A stretch of DNA of 63,678 nt, filler included, from Lenisia limosa (Eukaryota > Protista > Breviatea): assembly GCA_001655205.1 (NCBI GenBank). It is 10 parts of 10 records of this genome, joined end to end, with 100 filler letters (N's around TTAATTAATTAA, not from the genome) between each part and the next. Parts side by side here need not be neighbours in the genome. Positions count along the whole stretch, not along the records: positions 1 to 24,966 come from LPNZ01011046.1; positions 25,067 to 33,454 come from LPNZ01005460.1; 8 more parts are not named here. The stretch is one strand, 5' to 3'. The position numbers and the translations under genes are program-made. The notes beneath the pieces were generated by a model, which was given only the letters and a program-made list of their open reading frames with translations, ran no database searches and was not told the DNA's origin. Below are positions 13,486 through 27,561 of this stretch, piece after piece. Numbering within the stretch: position 1 is the first letter of the stretch; each line of letters begins with the position of its first letter.

Positions 13486-16400
13486 TCAAATCCTTCCAGC
13501 ATCCTTAGGGGGTGGACCATGTTGGTCCAATATTGAATAGAGGAGTTTTTTGAATGTTGTGATGAGGTCTTCATTTCGGTTTGAAAAATACCGATATAAT
13601 ATCGATAGTTCTCGAACAATTTTTTGAGAGATTTAGTCTTTTCCCAAACCGAAGTGCCCTAATCACAACATTCATTAGTTGTGATGATTTTGCCTTGGGT
13701 TCCTTTGTTTCTCTAACTCATACCCCAGCCTGCTTCAATTTTGGATTCTCAGTCACAGTGCCCTCCTTCTCAATCCAGCTACCATGTGAGTAAGGTCATG
13801 TTTGGAGAATTTCTACAAAATTTATTGTGTGTGATAACAATAAATCACCCCTCTTTCCTTTCAAGTTTCCATGAAGTGGTAGTATTTGATATTGGGATGA
13901 TGCTACCCTTTTGCAAGATAAGATGATCAATTGAGTTGAATGGCTTATGATTCAGGACCTTGAAAGGGAGCCCTCTGACTTGGGACTTGTCGTTTTCAAA
14001 GCTCCAGGAGTCGTTTCAATGGTTAGTGACGTATTTTTCTCTCCATTGATACTGTATTAGTACTAATATTATCTATCATATAATAGATTCAGCTTTATCC
14101 GTATGAACGTTACCATTCTCATTCCGTAGTAGCATTCAAAAGAACTATTATCATATGTAATATGTAGGTGATATTCAAATGTAAGATGAAGGTGATATTC
14201 ATATGTAATATGTAGGTGATTCAAATGTAATATGTAGGTAATATTCAAATGTAATATGTAGGTGATATTCATATGTAATTGTAGGTGGTATCAAGAGTAT
14301 AATCCACCCTGGGATTTTTATACCCTAGGCTTCACAAAAAAAGAAACGAAAACTCCGAAGGATACCCAAGGAAAAAGAGGACAGTATAAAGGCAAAAAGC
14401 AAAGGGATACCCAAAGACAACGAAAATGAAAGGATACCCAAGGAGAAAGAAGAAAACAGGATATCAAGGCAAGAAGAAGCTCCTGTTAAGCCACCAGATG
14501 AGGTTGAGGAGNNNNNNNNNNNNNNNNNNNNNNNNNNNNNNNNNNNNNNNNNNNNNNNNNNNNNNNNNNNNNNNNNNNNNNNNNNNNNNNNNNNNNNNNN
14601 NNNNNNNNNNNNNNNNNNNNNNNNNNNNNNNNNNNNNNNNNNNNTGACTTTTTAGTGTCGACCCCGCTATCAGATGATGATGATTTCGAATAAGTTCAGT
14701 TTTCGCTATGGTTTTATTTTTTTCGACTCCCAGACACCATTTTAACGAATGGTCAGGAGGGCGATTTAGCATTCTAATTGCTTCAGAAAAATATGCTCGT
14801 TGTAAAACATTCAGTTGACTTAGGGGAAATGGTGTTAAAAAGATGGAAACAAAAAGTTCTTTGGGTTTACAAAAAATCAAACTAATTTATCATTTACTAT
14901 CACACGAGGTCGTAAATGAGATCAAATACATCACAAAAAGAGAATTAAATCTGATTCCAAACTCAACATATTCAAAAAAAGTTGTGCTGCGCAATTTATA
15001 GGCTAACAATACACGCCAGCAAATCCTTTTGCAAAAATGGATATGAAGTGTTGTTTTACCCCTCAACAGATAGGGCTTCACTTTGGTTCAAAGATCGGAA
15101 AAACGATTTTTATCGAAATTCAGTTTTTTTCGAAAGGAAGTGAAGCCCTACCAACATATTTGTTCAGATAAAGTGCATTAAATAAGAAAAATACTAATCA
15201 AAGTTGTACCCCGTGCAATGTTTGCCTTTTGAGCATCTAAAAAAGTGAAGGACATTTAAGAAATAAAAAGGTTCAAAAACTGGTTGTCACAAAAAGATGG
15301 TCCTCAATATCGGGCATTTCTATTATTGAAGAGAGAGAAGTTTAGTCATAAGACTTTTTAAGGATAAGTTGACAGTGCCTACCTTTTGCCATTGTTGCCT
15401 GCTCCAACAAGCTACATTGTGAAAATCAAGCAAAAGGAGATAAGCAGCGAGCAACCCAATATCCAAGAAGCACCCTCCCACATATTCGACAGTGTTCCAA
15501 TTGGAGCACTTGATGCATTTGACCTTTGCCGCTTGAAGTTTCGCTACCTCAGCCGACTACAAACAATAAAGGATTTAATGTAATTTGTAACTGCAAACAG
15601 TAAAAGATGACCCAAAATCTGATATTTCTCGTCACGCCAATCGTTCAGTGTATCTTAAAAAGCCCTCTTGATTAACCTGGAACCAAAAATGAAGCCTTAA
15701 TGCTAATACCACTCCCTTCCACCGAAAAAGACGTGTAAACTATCGATAGTTATTTTTTATTTATCGAGAAACTCGGTCTTTTGTGGGACCGTAGGGAATC
15801 CCTAGATACCACACCGCGTCGTACCTTCGTCTCCAGCTCAGTTGAAATCGAGACCATTGACTCAGAAAACGACTGTAGCTGCTCGGAGAGTGCCGCTTGT
15901 GAAGTCTCAAACATCAGTCTAGATGTGAGGGAATAAGAATGGAGAGAATATATTGAGCAATGAGGAATAAAACAAGGTTGTATCTGCCTGAAGCCGTNNN
16001 NNNNNNNNNNNNNNNNNNNNNNNNNNNNNNNNNNNNNNNNNNNNNNNNNNNNNNNNNNNNNNNNNNNTGTGCACACAGCTGGCTGCGTGCTTCCCCAGGA
16101 ATTGGAAACAAGAATCAGAACAACACATTAGAATGAAGAAAGAAAAACACTGGAAAAGCGGAAGTAAGGGAGAGAGAGAGAGGGAAATGCAAAAGAGTTA
16201 GCAGTTATTTCTGATGAATTTCTAATACAAGATAGATTAGATACACTGCAGACCGCGATAAGTCCTGGGACGGATATTGAGCTAAAAACTGAGGCAATCG
16301 TGTCAGGACTTATCCCGGTCACTGAATATACATACGAATTCATCTTAAATAATTTCATAAAAGTCCAATAACATACGTATCTTCCTCATTGCGCATTTTG

Positions 16401-19400
16401 AGGGCAACCATCTGGAGAGTTATATGTGCAAACGCATAGAAATGTGAAGGGGCTCACCCACATCGACTCATACACAAATATACACGTCATAAACATCATA
16501 CGAACACACATACAAAAAGGATGTGAACAATCTCCCAACCTCGGAAGAAATGTCATCATGTCTGCTCTTGGCTTCCTTGACTTTTTTGGCCAAATCCTCA
16601 TTTCTGAACACATGAATTTCTGTTGTGCTTGTGTGTGCGCCAAATTCAAAATCACACAGGGAGGGAGAGGGTAGCTTCCATGTATTTATATATATTATGT
16701 GGGTCCTCAAAGCTCCGGACATCATTCAAAATTCACCGGACACATCAAAACTCCCGGAAGCTTGAAGTTGACCCTTGTATGGGATCAACGGTAGTGTTTA
16801 ATACAAAACTGGTTCAACAGATATTATATGAGAAAACTTTTTTTTTTCAATTTTGAGCAAGTGTCAAAAATCCGTGAATTTGGTCTCACGGGGGTGGCCC
16901 CTTTTGCCTTTTCACGGGATTGTTTTCCAAATCTATCCCTCTTTTAGTGATAAGAGACACCCCTCGGAGTAATTGGTTCTGGATTCCCCCTTGCTTTGGC
17001 TATGTGATGGTGAAATTTGAGAGAAAATGTTCAAAATAGTGCTTTCTACAAGGTCACACTTTCCTGGGTAGTTGCCATTTATTCCTTGAATGTAGCCGAT
17101 TATACCGGTTTTGGTTGTTTGTGGCAGTTTAAGGGCCACAAACGGGTAGCCAAGTGACTTAATTTGGGTTTGAGCCAAGAATATGTAAAAATCGCGTTCT
17201 ATCCTGTGATTATGACTGAAATTACTCTCGAAAAAACGGGAAAATGAAGTTATAGGAATTGGGAAAATTCAAGCTGTCCGGGAGTTTTGATGTGTCCGAA
17301 GATTTTGAATGATGTCCGGAGCTTTGACTTGATAGTATATACATGTATATTCCTTGAATTTTGAAACAAAATCATCTTGCTTCAAAAAAGGAGTTCGACG
17401 ATTACTCTAATATCGTGGAATAAACAAATCAATGATAAAACTGCCTTCAAAATAAATGAAAGGGACGACATTTCCTTACAATAGATTATGAGTGGATATT
17501 GACTCCTTCCTTTACATTCATTCCCATTATAGCCCCTCGCATTCTTGCCCCCCCCCCCNNNNNNNNNNNNNNNNNNNNNNNNNNNNNNNNNNNNNNNNNN
17601 NNNNNNNNNNNNNNNNNNNNNNNNNNNNNNNNNNNNNNNNNNNTGTTAGTGGTTAGGTGTTTACACCAAGTACACACACACTGCCAGTGTATTTAATGTT
17701 TCTGACAGAAAAGCCGCTTTACTTCACCAAGTCAATCTGTATGACATGATATGTATGGAAATACAGATTATTGCACCCCATAATAAATAAAAAGAGAAAA
17801 TTGAAACCACCCTCAAAAGAACGGTTCCAACTAGGGCTTCACTTCAGTTCGAAAAAAGACTGAATTTATCGAAAAATCCTGGAAAACTATCGAAAATTTA
17901 CGGTCTTTTTTCGGACTGGAGTAAAGCCCTATTTCCAACAATAATCAACATGAAAAATAGGAACTAGGGGTGCTGCATAGGAAATACCTGGCAGATGACG
18001 TCCATATCATCATGTATATAAACGCAATTAATACAGCCCCAAAGCGTCAACCCACCTGTCCTGCAAGGCTGTCAACTTNNNNNNNNNNNNNNNNNNNNNN
18101 NNNNNNNNNNNNNNNNNNNNNNNNNNNNNNNNNNNNNNNNNNNNNNNNNNNNNNNNNNNNNNNNNNNNNNNNNNNNNNNNNNNNNNNNNNNNNNNNNNNN
18201 NNNNNNNNNNNNNNNNNNNNNNNNNNNNNNNNNNNNNNNNNNNNNNNNNNNNNNNNNNNNNNNNNNNNNNNNNNNNNNNNNNNNNNNNNNNNNNNNNNNN
18301 NNNNNNNNNNNNNNNNNNNNNNNNNNNNNNNNNNNNNNNNNNNNNNNNNNNNNNNNNNNNNNNNNNNNNNNNNNNNNNNNNNACGCAATATGCGAGGAAG
18401 CTGGCCTGGGGAGGCCGGTGTCGGTGTGCTGGTGCTCTTGGACAATTATGTCTGCGGGGTTAAACTCTTTTATTTAAGGTATCCCTGTGTATTTTCTGTG
18501 TATTCCGTGAGTAATAAATATTACACTATATTATAACATATATTATATTACAATATGATATTATATATGCCATCCAAACCGTTATGGACTGGCTCCTGCA
18601 GGTCCATTGAAAGAAGATCGATTTGAGGAAGCTGGGTCTTCGGCTGCGGGCTGTTTGCTGGCATGGAATGTGTTGTGAACTGCCGCCTTCTGGAGTGTTG
18701 TGGCTGAACACGTAAATAGAGGGACATGTGTCTACACAATCATGTGCTAAATATGGTGTGTAAGATTTGAATATTTGTGTGCTCTTTCCAAAATATTCCC
18801 AAACTTGGTACCCCTCTTTTCCAGCACCCACAGTAGTTGGTACACTCTTCGGTGCGGGAACCACGAAAACTGGCTCGGAAAGATCAATGAGCGATGGTGC
18901 TGTCATAGGAGGTGACCCTGGGGGGGGGGGGNNNNNNNNNNNNNNNNNNNNNNNNNNNNNNNNNNNNNNNNNNNNNNNNNNNNNNNNNNNNNNNNNNNNN
19001 NNNGAACATTATTGAAACAATAAAGCCCAAAATCAACTCTGTGGCTGACAACACACGAGGGTTGAAAACAACAAGCAAACAAAGCCCAGACAAGTCGCGG
19101 GGATAGGATTAAGTCTTTGTCTGTTCCTGACTATTATGAAAGGGATTCATTATTTCATTTATCCTGGACAACTTTCCATGGAATGAGAAGACCCACAAAG
19201 AGAGAGGAATTAAATATGCCCACCTCGAATACACGGGGTGAGGCTGCTGTTTAAATGAATTCTGTATGAATGTAAATATGCAAATGGCTAGCCCCAGAAT
19301 ACGATGTCGAGGCACTGGGGAGGGGCACGAAGTATCAGGAGTCTGAAATGTGAGGTGGATCCTAGTTTTAATAGAGACTTTACTGATCAAAAAGAAATAA

Positions 19401-22400
19401 TAAAAAATGGATGCTAAAAAAAGAGAAATAAATACAATGAATGCCAAAGGCAATGTATATTAAATGAGTAGTCAAACGTTTTACAACTCTCAAAAGAAAC
19501 AATGAAAGAGAATAAAAAAAGAAAAGGCCTCGAGAGACAATAGGAAAAATAACTCATGAAAAGGATCAGTATCTAGGACTTTGATCAGCCCACATACGGA
19601 TCTCAATATCTCTAGATCATTAGCAAGGCTGGACTTCTCCTTTGTGGACTCGTGAAGTGCTGCTTGGAGCCTCTTAGCCTCATTCTTTGACACTTCCGCC
19701 CGCTCCTCTGCCTCAACCATCTAATACCATAAAGTTAAAACTGTATTGAACAACACACGTTCATGCCTGAGTTGTCAGCCGTCTCCCTCCTAGAACTACC
19801 CAAACAAACATCTTTAAACTACCACTCCCATCCGCCCCCACCTTAGAACTAGCCTCAGCGAGCTTCTCCATGATGTCAGCGTAGGAGACATGTAAGGATA
19901 TCAGCTCATGCCACACAGGCCTTTGAACACTCTGAAACCATAAGAAAACTATTGGCTGGAATTGAATATATATGTATGAGAAAACAAAGTGCTGAGAAAC
20001 TGTGAGTTTCTCGTTTATAACAAGATGTAAATAAGTGAAGAAAATATGATCGGAATATTTGTACAAAGTTTCCTCTCACCGAGCTGGTTTCAGAAGACAT
20101 TTGAGAAGTGCACAAGCCGGAGTGTGCTGATATGTTTCGCGACATAAACGACATCGTTTTCGTCACCAATTCAGGCTAAATATCAGTTATGACTGTCAGC
20201 CTATTTCAGCCTATTTCCATTGCAATGATGGACAAGAGAACAAGAGAAAAACATTCAATAACCTGAACTTTAGTAGTAGTGACCCCCCTCCCCCACTGCA
20301 GGTATTTTGAAGGCCGCCACAGCCACCGTCTCATAAGACTTCCTCCCAACCCCCAACTAAAAGGATCAGAAAGCTCTTTTAATGAAGAGTTTTACGCATT
20401 ACACGCTAACAACTTGTAAACATTCTTGAAAAAGACAAAAATCATAATTACATCCATATTGAGCCGAGAAGGGCTCCATTTCGGGGATAAAGAAGATTTT
20501 TTGGCAAACATCGAAACATGACCAATATGAGGTATGTACTTTTTGCTTACAGCTGCCAATTTGAGAGAGTTTAGTCCTGCGAGAACAGCGGAATTGCTTG
20601 ATGCAAGAAGTTTGAGGCCTGATTCTGGGGGATNNNNNNNNNNNNNNNNNNNNNNNNNNNNNNNNNNNNNNNNNNNNNNNNNNNNNNNNNNNNNNNNNNN
20701 NNNNNNNNNNNNNNNNNNNNNNNNNNNNNNNNNNNNNNNNNNNNNNNNNNNNCAAAGGCGAATGTTGCTTGTTTCTATAGAATGGCGCTGAGTTTCTCTT
20801 TTATTGTGTACTATGTATCATATTGTAAACAGTGACCGGGATAAGTCTTGTTTTGCGGATTCAATGAGAAACCCAGTCATTCTTGGCCATCCATGGGTCC
20901 TTGTCATACCAGTCGGAAGAGGCGACAGACCCTCCGCCTGGGCTTTGCTCGACCACGCCATGCCAAGCTCTAACGACACCGAACCGATCACTCGACATGC
21001 TCGCGATATGTCAAGGAGGACTGGAGGGGGGGGGGTAAAATTGGAAATTTATGAAACAAAAAGCCAACTCTGTTGGCTGGTTTTCTGACAACACGAATGA
21101 GTGTTTTTGATTATGCACTACTACTTTGAAATATAGAGATGAAAAGTAAAACAAGGTTGTATCCGTATATATGTGCATATATCACATAATGCATGTAGTA
21201 TCATATGTACATATGTGGCAGTGTCATTGACCAACATGTTGGTGATGAGGCTGGAACACAAGGCGGCACAGGAAGAGCCACAGTCGACTCCTCAACATAT
21301 CGCGTGAACGTGGCTGCTAAGTTTGGCGCGAGATGGGGGAGGAGAGGGGGGTCCTCTGGGGGGTAGCTTGACCTGGACTTGTTGACACATATATGAAGAT
21401 TCTTCCCGCAAAAAAGGGGTAGGGGTGAAATACTGTTTTTGATTCTGTTCAAAAATAACAACTTTAATCATCATTATTCTAAGATCACATACAAATACAG
21501 TCCGGTTCAACTACAAGAGCTTGTCTAATACACGAGCTTTAAAACAGTAACAATGACCCCTCGTACCATGCGGCAGCAGCAGCCTGGGCAAGTGCATGCG
21601 GCAACAGGGCAAGACCGCACGACGCCATTGTGTTTCGTGTCTTCAGGTCGGAAGAGTGTGAGGCAGTTAAACAGCTGATGATGGATAAGGTATGTTGGGA
21701 TAATGGCACATGCCTGTGAGGATTTGGGATTTAAAAAAAAAGGATGTAAAACAAGTCAACAGGGCAAGGGATGTAGATGTGATACCATAATAGGGATTAG
21801 GTTGTGGGACAGAACCTCGAAGCTATTACTATTACTATTGCTATTGCTACTACTATTGTTATTACTATTGCTATTCTATTACTATTGAATCGGTGAAGCC
21901 TGAAAAAAATATATATGGCCCACCATTTGACGTATAAGGCATGGACCTGGGCCAAATAGGTCACAAGGACAGCGAGTGACTTAGACAATCCCTTCATTGC
22001 CTTATAGGGTCAGAATCAAAAGTAATAAGAAAAAATATTGGTGTGAAAAAGGCGGGGTGGATTCCGCTATCTTTAAGGGACCTTCTCCTACCAGCTCCAA
22101 GTTTTCCGTATCTCCGGAAGACTGCGCAGCAACAAAGCCCTCGGTTAAGTCCTAAAAGGGTCAAAATATTATCTTTCTCTCAAAAAAAAAGAAATAAAAG
22201 TGATCTAAAAGGGAAGAGGAAGGTGTTCAGTTTTCATATCAGAATGATACGAAGATTCACACCAAACAACAATCTCAAATCACATGTAAACGCTACCGAC
22301 TTGGATATACTTGCTGATGTCCACTTTGGATTCGTGTTCACTGAGCAAATTGATGAAGGATGGCAGGTCTGAGGGAGCCGGCTATTGGTGTCAAAAGATA

Positions 22401-25400
22401 CGGTTAGTCTTCTGGTGTTATAGGGGACTAGAACTCAGTCTGTGTTTTACATGTTTTATTGATTTCTCGTATCTCTATCTAACGATATTGATATGGACAT
22501 CACCAATGATATTAACTCAATAATGACACCAATGTGATTATTTTGAAAATATGCAATTTATGTCATTTGGGTATTTTGTCATGCCATAAATGCTGCCCAC
22601 ATACACTGACCAGCTGATCCTCTTGAAGCATTCGCATGGACAACGCATCAAGCATCTACAGGGTGTCAACACTGAAACACTTCAGGACCCCTTAATCTTC
22701 CTTCTTGGTGCACCCTTTCCACCAGCTCTTCCTACTTCAGCAGCCATTTTGACTAATTCAGATGATTCTGTTTTCGTTCCTTACGTAGCCCCCTCCCCCG
22801 ATAACCTGGGACATTGCCGACTCAAAACTCCTGACTTGTTCCACAAGGATCTTGCATGCATCAATTTCAGCAGTCTGATAAAAATTAACATGAAGAACCC
22901 AAAACACTATTGCATCTTGGCATTATGCGTAATATAGCTATGTAGTTTTCTATAATATGATGAAATTCAATTACTAGTACTATTATATGATATGACATCA
23001 TATGTACTATGCCAATTGTACAAATAATATTGTTTATAAAAGGATGATGTGTGTAAGATAAAAGCACCTGTGCCTCGGCATTAGTGCCTTCCAAATTGAA
23101 GGTGTTTAGTGCCCGATTTGAGGTGTCGTCGATCACCAATCGCCTGCGGTGTCTGGAGTGGTGAATGAGGGCTTCGTTCCAGTAATGGAAAGTTTGCGAT
23201 CGAAAATATGATTGTACAAAATTCGCACTAGAAAAAGCACAGCAAAAACACCTGGTCGGAACCAGGAAAAGGTTAATAAGAAACAACAAATAAAAACTGA
23301 TAGCCTTTCAAACTACGAAATGACCAGCAACTGATAGCCTTTCAAAACACAAGATAAGTACCAACCTTGATATTGTTGACACGGTAGCGTTTAGTTTGTT
23401 ATTCACTTCCGCCACCGCAGCCACAGCTTTCTGGTTCGTTCTGAAGAATTACACTTCAGCAATCAGACTCCAGGCTTCGAACCCTCTTCCCAACCCTCCC
23501 CACTCTTCACACTGGGTGTTCAACTCTGCAATTTTCTGGGACAAATGCGAGCGGTCCACTTCGAACTGGTCATTTGCAGATGATAGCTTGGTTTCCGATA
23601 CTGTTGGGTGAAAGGCGGTTACTTAAAATGGCAATGGTTGGATAATGACCATTTTGTGGAATTCAAGAAGAACTGCCATCTTCATGAGCAAAAGAAAAAA
23701 GAAGGGGGGGTGTGCTTCCATCAGTCAAGACTTACCAATGTCAGTACATAGTATATCATATGTACTTACATATATGTACATACATACACTGACCGGGGCG
23801 ATAAGTCTTGACCGATTGTCCTAGGTAGCAAATCTACTGTGCATACATATAACAGACCAACCCCTGCAATCATCAACCAGCAGACCCTGAATGTCTTCCT
23901 GCGCAGTCTTCAGCTCAGCCTCCTTAGTCCTTAACTCCTGTCTCACGCCCTCAAGTTCAGACTCCTTTTGGGTTAATATGGGATTGAGACAGAGAACCTT
24001 AACAGTCTCTGATTGGAGTGCCGTGAAGGACCACACCATCATGTTTAGAACGGATATTGGATATTGATATGAATTCACCCAATCTTTTGCCCTTACATAC
24101 CAATTCAGCTTTTTCTGAAAGGAACATTGAATGCGTTTGTGCTACAAGGTCAGAAGTTAGCAGAAAGCTCATAATCTATAACGCCGTATCTCAGTTGATG
24201 ACTAATACTCACCTTGCTTCCCCGATTTCTCGCTCCCTGGTTAAAACCAAGAAGGAGTTATCGGGTTTCTCAAACATTTTTCTAGGGTTTATCCCAGAGG
24301 AATCAAAGGAATCTAGGATTTTCGAAGGGCTATCAAAGCAATCTACTATCTCTAATTTGCCCACCTTGGTCACAGACCAGGGTCTCAAGCTGTTCATGCG
24401 CCACCGCAAGATCTTGCGCCATTTGCTGGGATGAAAAATTGAGAGAAAAAAAAAATAGATTTCAAGAATTTTTATAAAACATACGTATGCTTGTAACTTG
24501 TATGATACTTGATAGAATCTTAAGGATACAACAGAAACAATCAATACTACAAGGTTGCTACATTTATTGCTCTGCAGTGGCTTTATTGTTTCATAATCCA
24601 AAAAGATAAAATGTGGGCTGCTGTACACACAAACCCAACCTTTTTGTTGCCGGAAAACCATGGGGCCTTTTCACCAGAAACAGACTACAACATCATTGCA
24701 AGTTACAAAAAATCAAACTTCACAGACTATAATTTCCAAAGGGATTTCGTACAAAGAAGATATTATTAATTAAAAAACAAGACATTCATGATGCTGCTAA
24801 ACAGTTTTGGTACAAAAGAGAGTTTGAAAAATCGAGGTACAGGAAAACAAACATAGGAAAACAACACACACCTGGTTCTGGAGGATCTGAATCTGAGACT
24901 CCAGGCGGCGTATTTTGCTTGAGGCGTCATCAAGTGACTGGTCACGACTGCCGAGCTCACTGCCAANNNNNNNNNNNNNNNNNNNNNNNNNNNNNNNNNN
25001 NNNNNNNNNNTTAATTAATTAANNNNNNNNNNNNNNNNNNNNNNNNNNNNNNNNNNNNNNNNNNNNAAAAACATATCTCACCGTCAGAACGCTCGTTTGA
25101 AGAGTCAATTTCCTGCGTCGTCAAAAGCAGAATGCTAAGAAAAAAAAAAGGATTCCTGTGGTATTGTTGGATGTGTCAAAAAGAAGACATGCGGAAATGT
25201 CGAAGGAGTCAAGCCTACCATTTTAGCAATTGTGGTTGTGATGATGAACTCAGTTATACCGATGGGAAAGTCGTTGGCCAGTCCAATAACCACTTCGGCC
25301 GCCTTGCCCCTGAAGGATGAGGATCATGTAGGACTCCGTGGATTGAGTAAAATCTGAAGTGAGACATATTATAACATAAACTCAATTGCAGACTCATTAA

Positions 25401-26530
25401 TTTCAATTTTTGTCGAGTTCTAGGATTGTGGATATTTTGAAGGATGATGTATCAGTTGAAGGATGATGTATCTGTTGAAGGATGATGTATCTGTTGAAGG
25501 ATGATGTATCTGTTGAGGATTATACCCATCTTTGGAATGGCATAATAATAAAACTGATCTCCTTCAGCTTATGTGGAGCTATGTTTTCTACGATTTGGGA
25601 AATATTGAGGAGTTTAAGTGTTGAGCTGTGCAAAGTAGTAGGTTAACAGTGTCCAAATAAAGCCTGGATCCCATACCCACCATGGAAGTGGTTGTTTGAA
25701 CTTCTGCTGGCGACTCATCCATGCTTGGATGGCCTTGACAGATGCTTCAATATCCATGGAGCATTCGACGAAAGATCAGCTGAAAACAGGGAGCGTTTCT
25801 GAAATCCTTCCAAATCTCTACGCTATTTGTTTTAATGTTCTATAGCAATAAAAATGAACTTGAGGAACTGGTAAGAGGTGCTGTCAAGAAATAGGGAGAA
25901 TTTGAAAACAAGTATGGCCGCGGAAGTATTTGAAACCCAATTTTGAAAATCTTGCATGTACAACTGACATTCCTACATACATTGCAGATTATAGATATAG
26001 TTACACTTAAAGGCACTGAGAGATGACAGGTTAGTATCTTGGGTGTAATTTTTGGTCACTTTTTACGGGCTACACAAATGCTTTTGAGCCTTCTATCATC
26101 CCTTCATCATTATTTATGAATAATACGCTGAACAAGTGGGATCTTAGACCCCTAGTTACCTTGTGTACAGCACATCCTTTGGTGTGGCCCTTGTGTTTTA
26201 TGTTCCTATTAGCTTCTGCTTTTTAATCGTATTTATCACCATTTTCTTTTTTTTGAATTAAATATGGCATCTTGTGAAGATGGAACATATTACTCATGAT
26301 CACACGCTGTGATCAACCCCCTTCCTTTTGCTCCTTTGATCTATGATTTGACCTCAGTCATACTTATCACCAAGATGGCGCTAATAGCTCAATTCTGGTC
26401 CTTAAACTTTAAATATGCCTTATTTCCCCGTTACTTCGCTTCTACATCGCAATTTTCTAATGAAACAACGGGGATTTTCTGATACCTTGCAGGGGGCCCC
26501 CGCAGCAAGGCGGTTTCCCGAGGTCATGTC
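13486..26530 (-). CDS. Long coiled-coil-rich hypothetical protein(s), more than 20 small exons, possibly more than one gene
   Basis: GT-AG bounded exons such as QKESELEGVRQELRTKEAELKTAQEDIQ, DDASSKIRRLESQIQILQNQ, EAKRLQAALHESTKEKSSLANDLE and a CxxC exon KCIKCSNWNTVEY; no family recognised. Confidence 0.42.
14150..14290. repeat. Tandem repeat, about 24-bp unit (TATTCAAATGTAATATGTAGGTGA-like)
   Basis: About five imperfect units. Confidence 0.8.
15072..15150. mobile_element. MITE family A copy
   Basis: TAGGGCTTCACTTTGGTTC...GAAGTGAAGCCCTA. Confidence 0.75.
16708..17326. mobile_element. Non-autonomous element of about 620 bp with about 59-bp terminal inverted repeats
   Basis: 16708-16766 CAAAGCTCCGGACATCATTCAAAA...CTTGAA is the near-exact reverse complement of 17268-17326; interior has no recognisable ORF. 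Confidence 0.72.
17832..17930. mobile_element. MITE family A (TIR GGGCTTCACTTCGGTTC, about 100 bp, mostly TA-flanked)
   Basis: TAGGGCTTCACTTCAGTTCGAAAAAAGACTG...GGTCTTTTTTCGGACTGGAGTAAAGCCCTA; about 20 copies or fragments in the window. Confidence 0.82.
18920..19100 (-). repeat. Repeat family C copy abutting an acceptor
   Basis: Reverse-strand CGACTTGTCTGGGC...AACCCTCGTGTGTTGTCAGCCACAGAGTTGATTTTGGGC, gap, poly-C-AG. Confidence 0.72.
21826..21885. repeat. CTATTR microsatellite
   Basis: Repeated CTATTA/CTATTG; creates spurious poly-Leu ORF. Confidence 0.8.
25011..25022. other. Artificial all-frame-stop assembly spacer TTAATTAATTAA (also 33499, 36035, 45832, 47965, 50115, 54522, 56788, 62008)
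   Basis: Identical 12-mer centred in about 44 N on each side at nine sites. Confidence 0.95.
25438..25518. repeat. Tandem repeat, 19-bp unit GAAGGATGATGTATCTGTT
   Basis: About four units. Confidence 0.85.
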
Positions 26531-26558
26531 GTCAGGTTGGGGGTGTCGTGGTGTATAT

Positions 26559-26652
26559 AGGGGCTTCACTTCGGTTCAAAAAAAGACTGAATTTCTCGAT
26601 AAATCGAAAACTATCGATATTTCCCGGTCTTTTTCGAACTGAAGTGAAGACC
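26559..26652. mobile_element. MITE family A copy
   Basis: GGGCTTCACTTCGGTTC...GAACTGAAGTGAAGACCC; second copy at 26798-26884. Confidence 0.78.
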
Positions 26653-27561
26653 CAAGTATATATTATCAGGGAGGGGGGCTTGGATTATCAAATTCTGTAT
26701 ATCATCTAGTATATTTATATAAATACATGGCCATCCTATATTGATATAGTATGTAAATTAAACCAGGGGAGAGTGTTGTTTTGGTTTGGTGTCACAGTTA
26801 GGGCTTCACTTCGGTTCGAAAAATACCAATAAAACATCGAGAATTTTTAGAGAAATTGAGTCTTTTTTCGACGAAGTAACCCTAGTTCCTAAATAGGTTG
26901 GTTTCAGACAGATACAGTCTTACAGTTTTCATCATTTTATTATTCTTTTGAAATATCAATTTTACGTTACTCACAATCCAGGAAAGAAGAAACAGAGTAA
27001 GCAGACTGCTGCAAACCCCTTGGATCAACAGTTTTTCTTTTTTCTTCTTGTCCCCTGTTTTTTTTCTTCTTCTTCCCTTGCTTCTTTTGGTCTCTTATTG
27101 TCTTTTTTGCTTCTTCTTGTCTCTTCTTGTATTTTTATTGTCTCTTCTTGCCTTGTGTTTCTCTCTTCATAAGTTTCTTACCATTAAGAAAACGTGGAAA
27201 CAGAAAGGATGAAACTATTAACCATCATCACCTGTCGGAGCTGAAGGTCTGCCAAGGGAAAGGCTTATCTTTTATCAGTAAACTAATTTTCTCGAATATT
27301 GTTTTTTTTTTCTCGAAAGAATAAATGCTTTCGAGAGTTAGTTGAATCATTAATTTGACGTTTGATGGTCATTTTGGTTTCAATACCGGACTTGGCTACT
27401 TGCGTATAAGTGCAATACGCTGGACACTAAAAAGTCGTCACACGGATATTGAGCTTTATCAATTGTCAAACGTGTAATGACTTATCGCGGTCACTATAGC
27501 TAGTATAATGATATGCTTAATACAGTGTATAATATGATAGGTACTTATGTACTTGATGCAG

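Noticed and set aside
14150-14510. Repeat arrays that might be CRISPR-like
   Set aside because: Units are directly adjacent without unique spacers, there are no cas genes, and the context is eukaryotic
21703-21888. Poly-Leu ORF resembling a signal or TM peptide
   Set aside because: Translation of the CTATTR microsatellite
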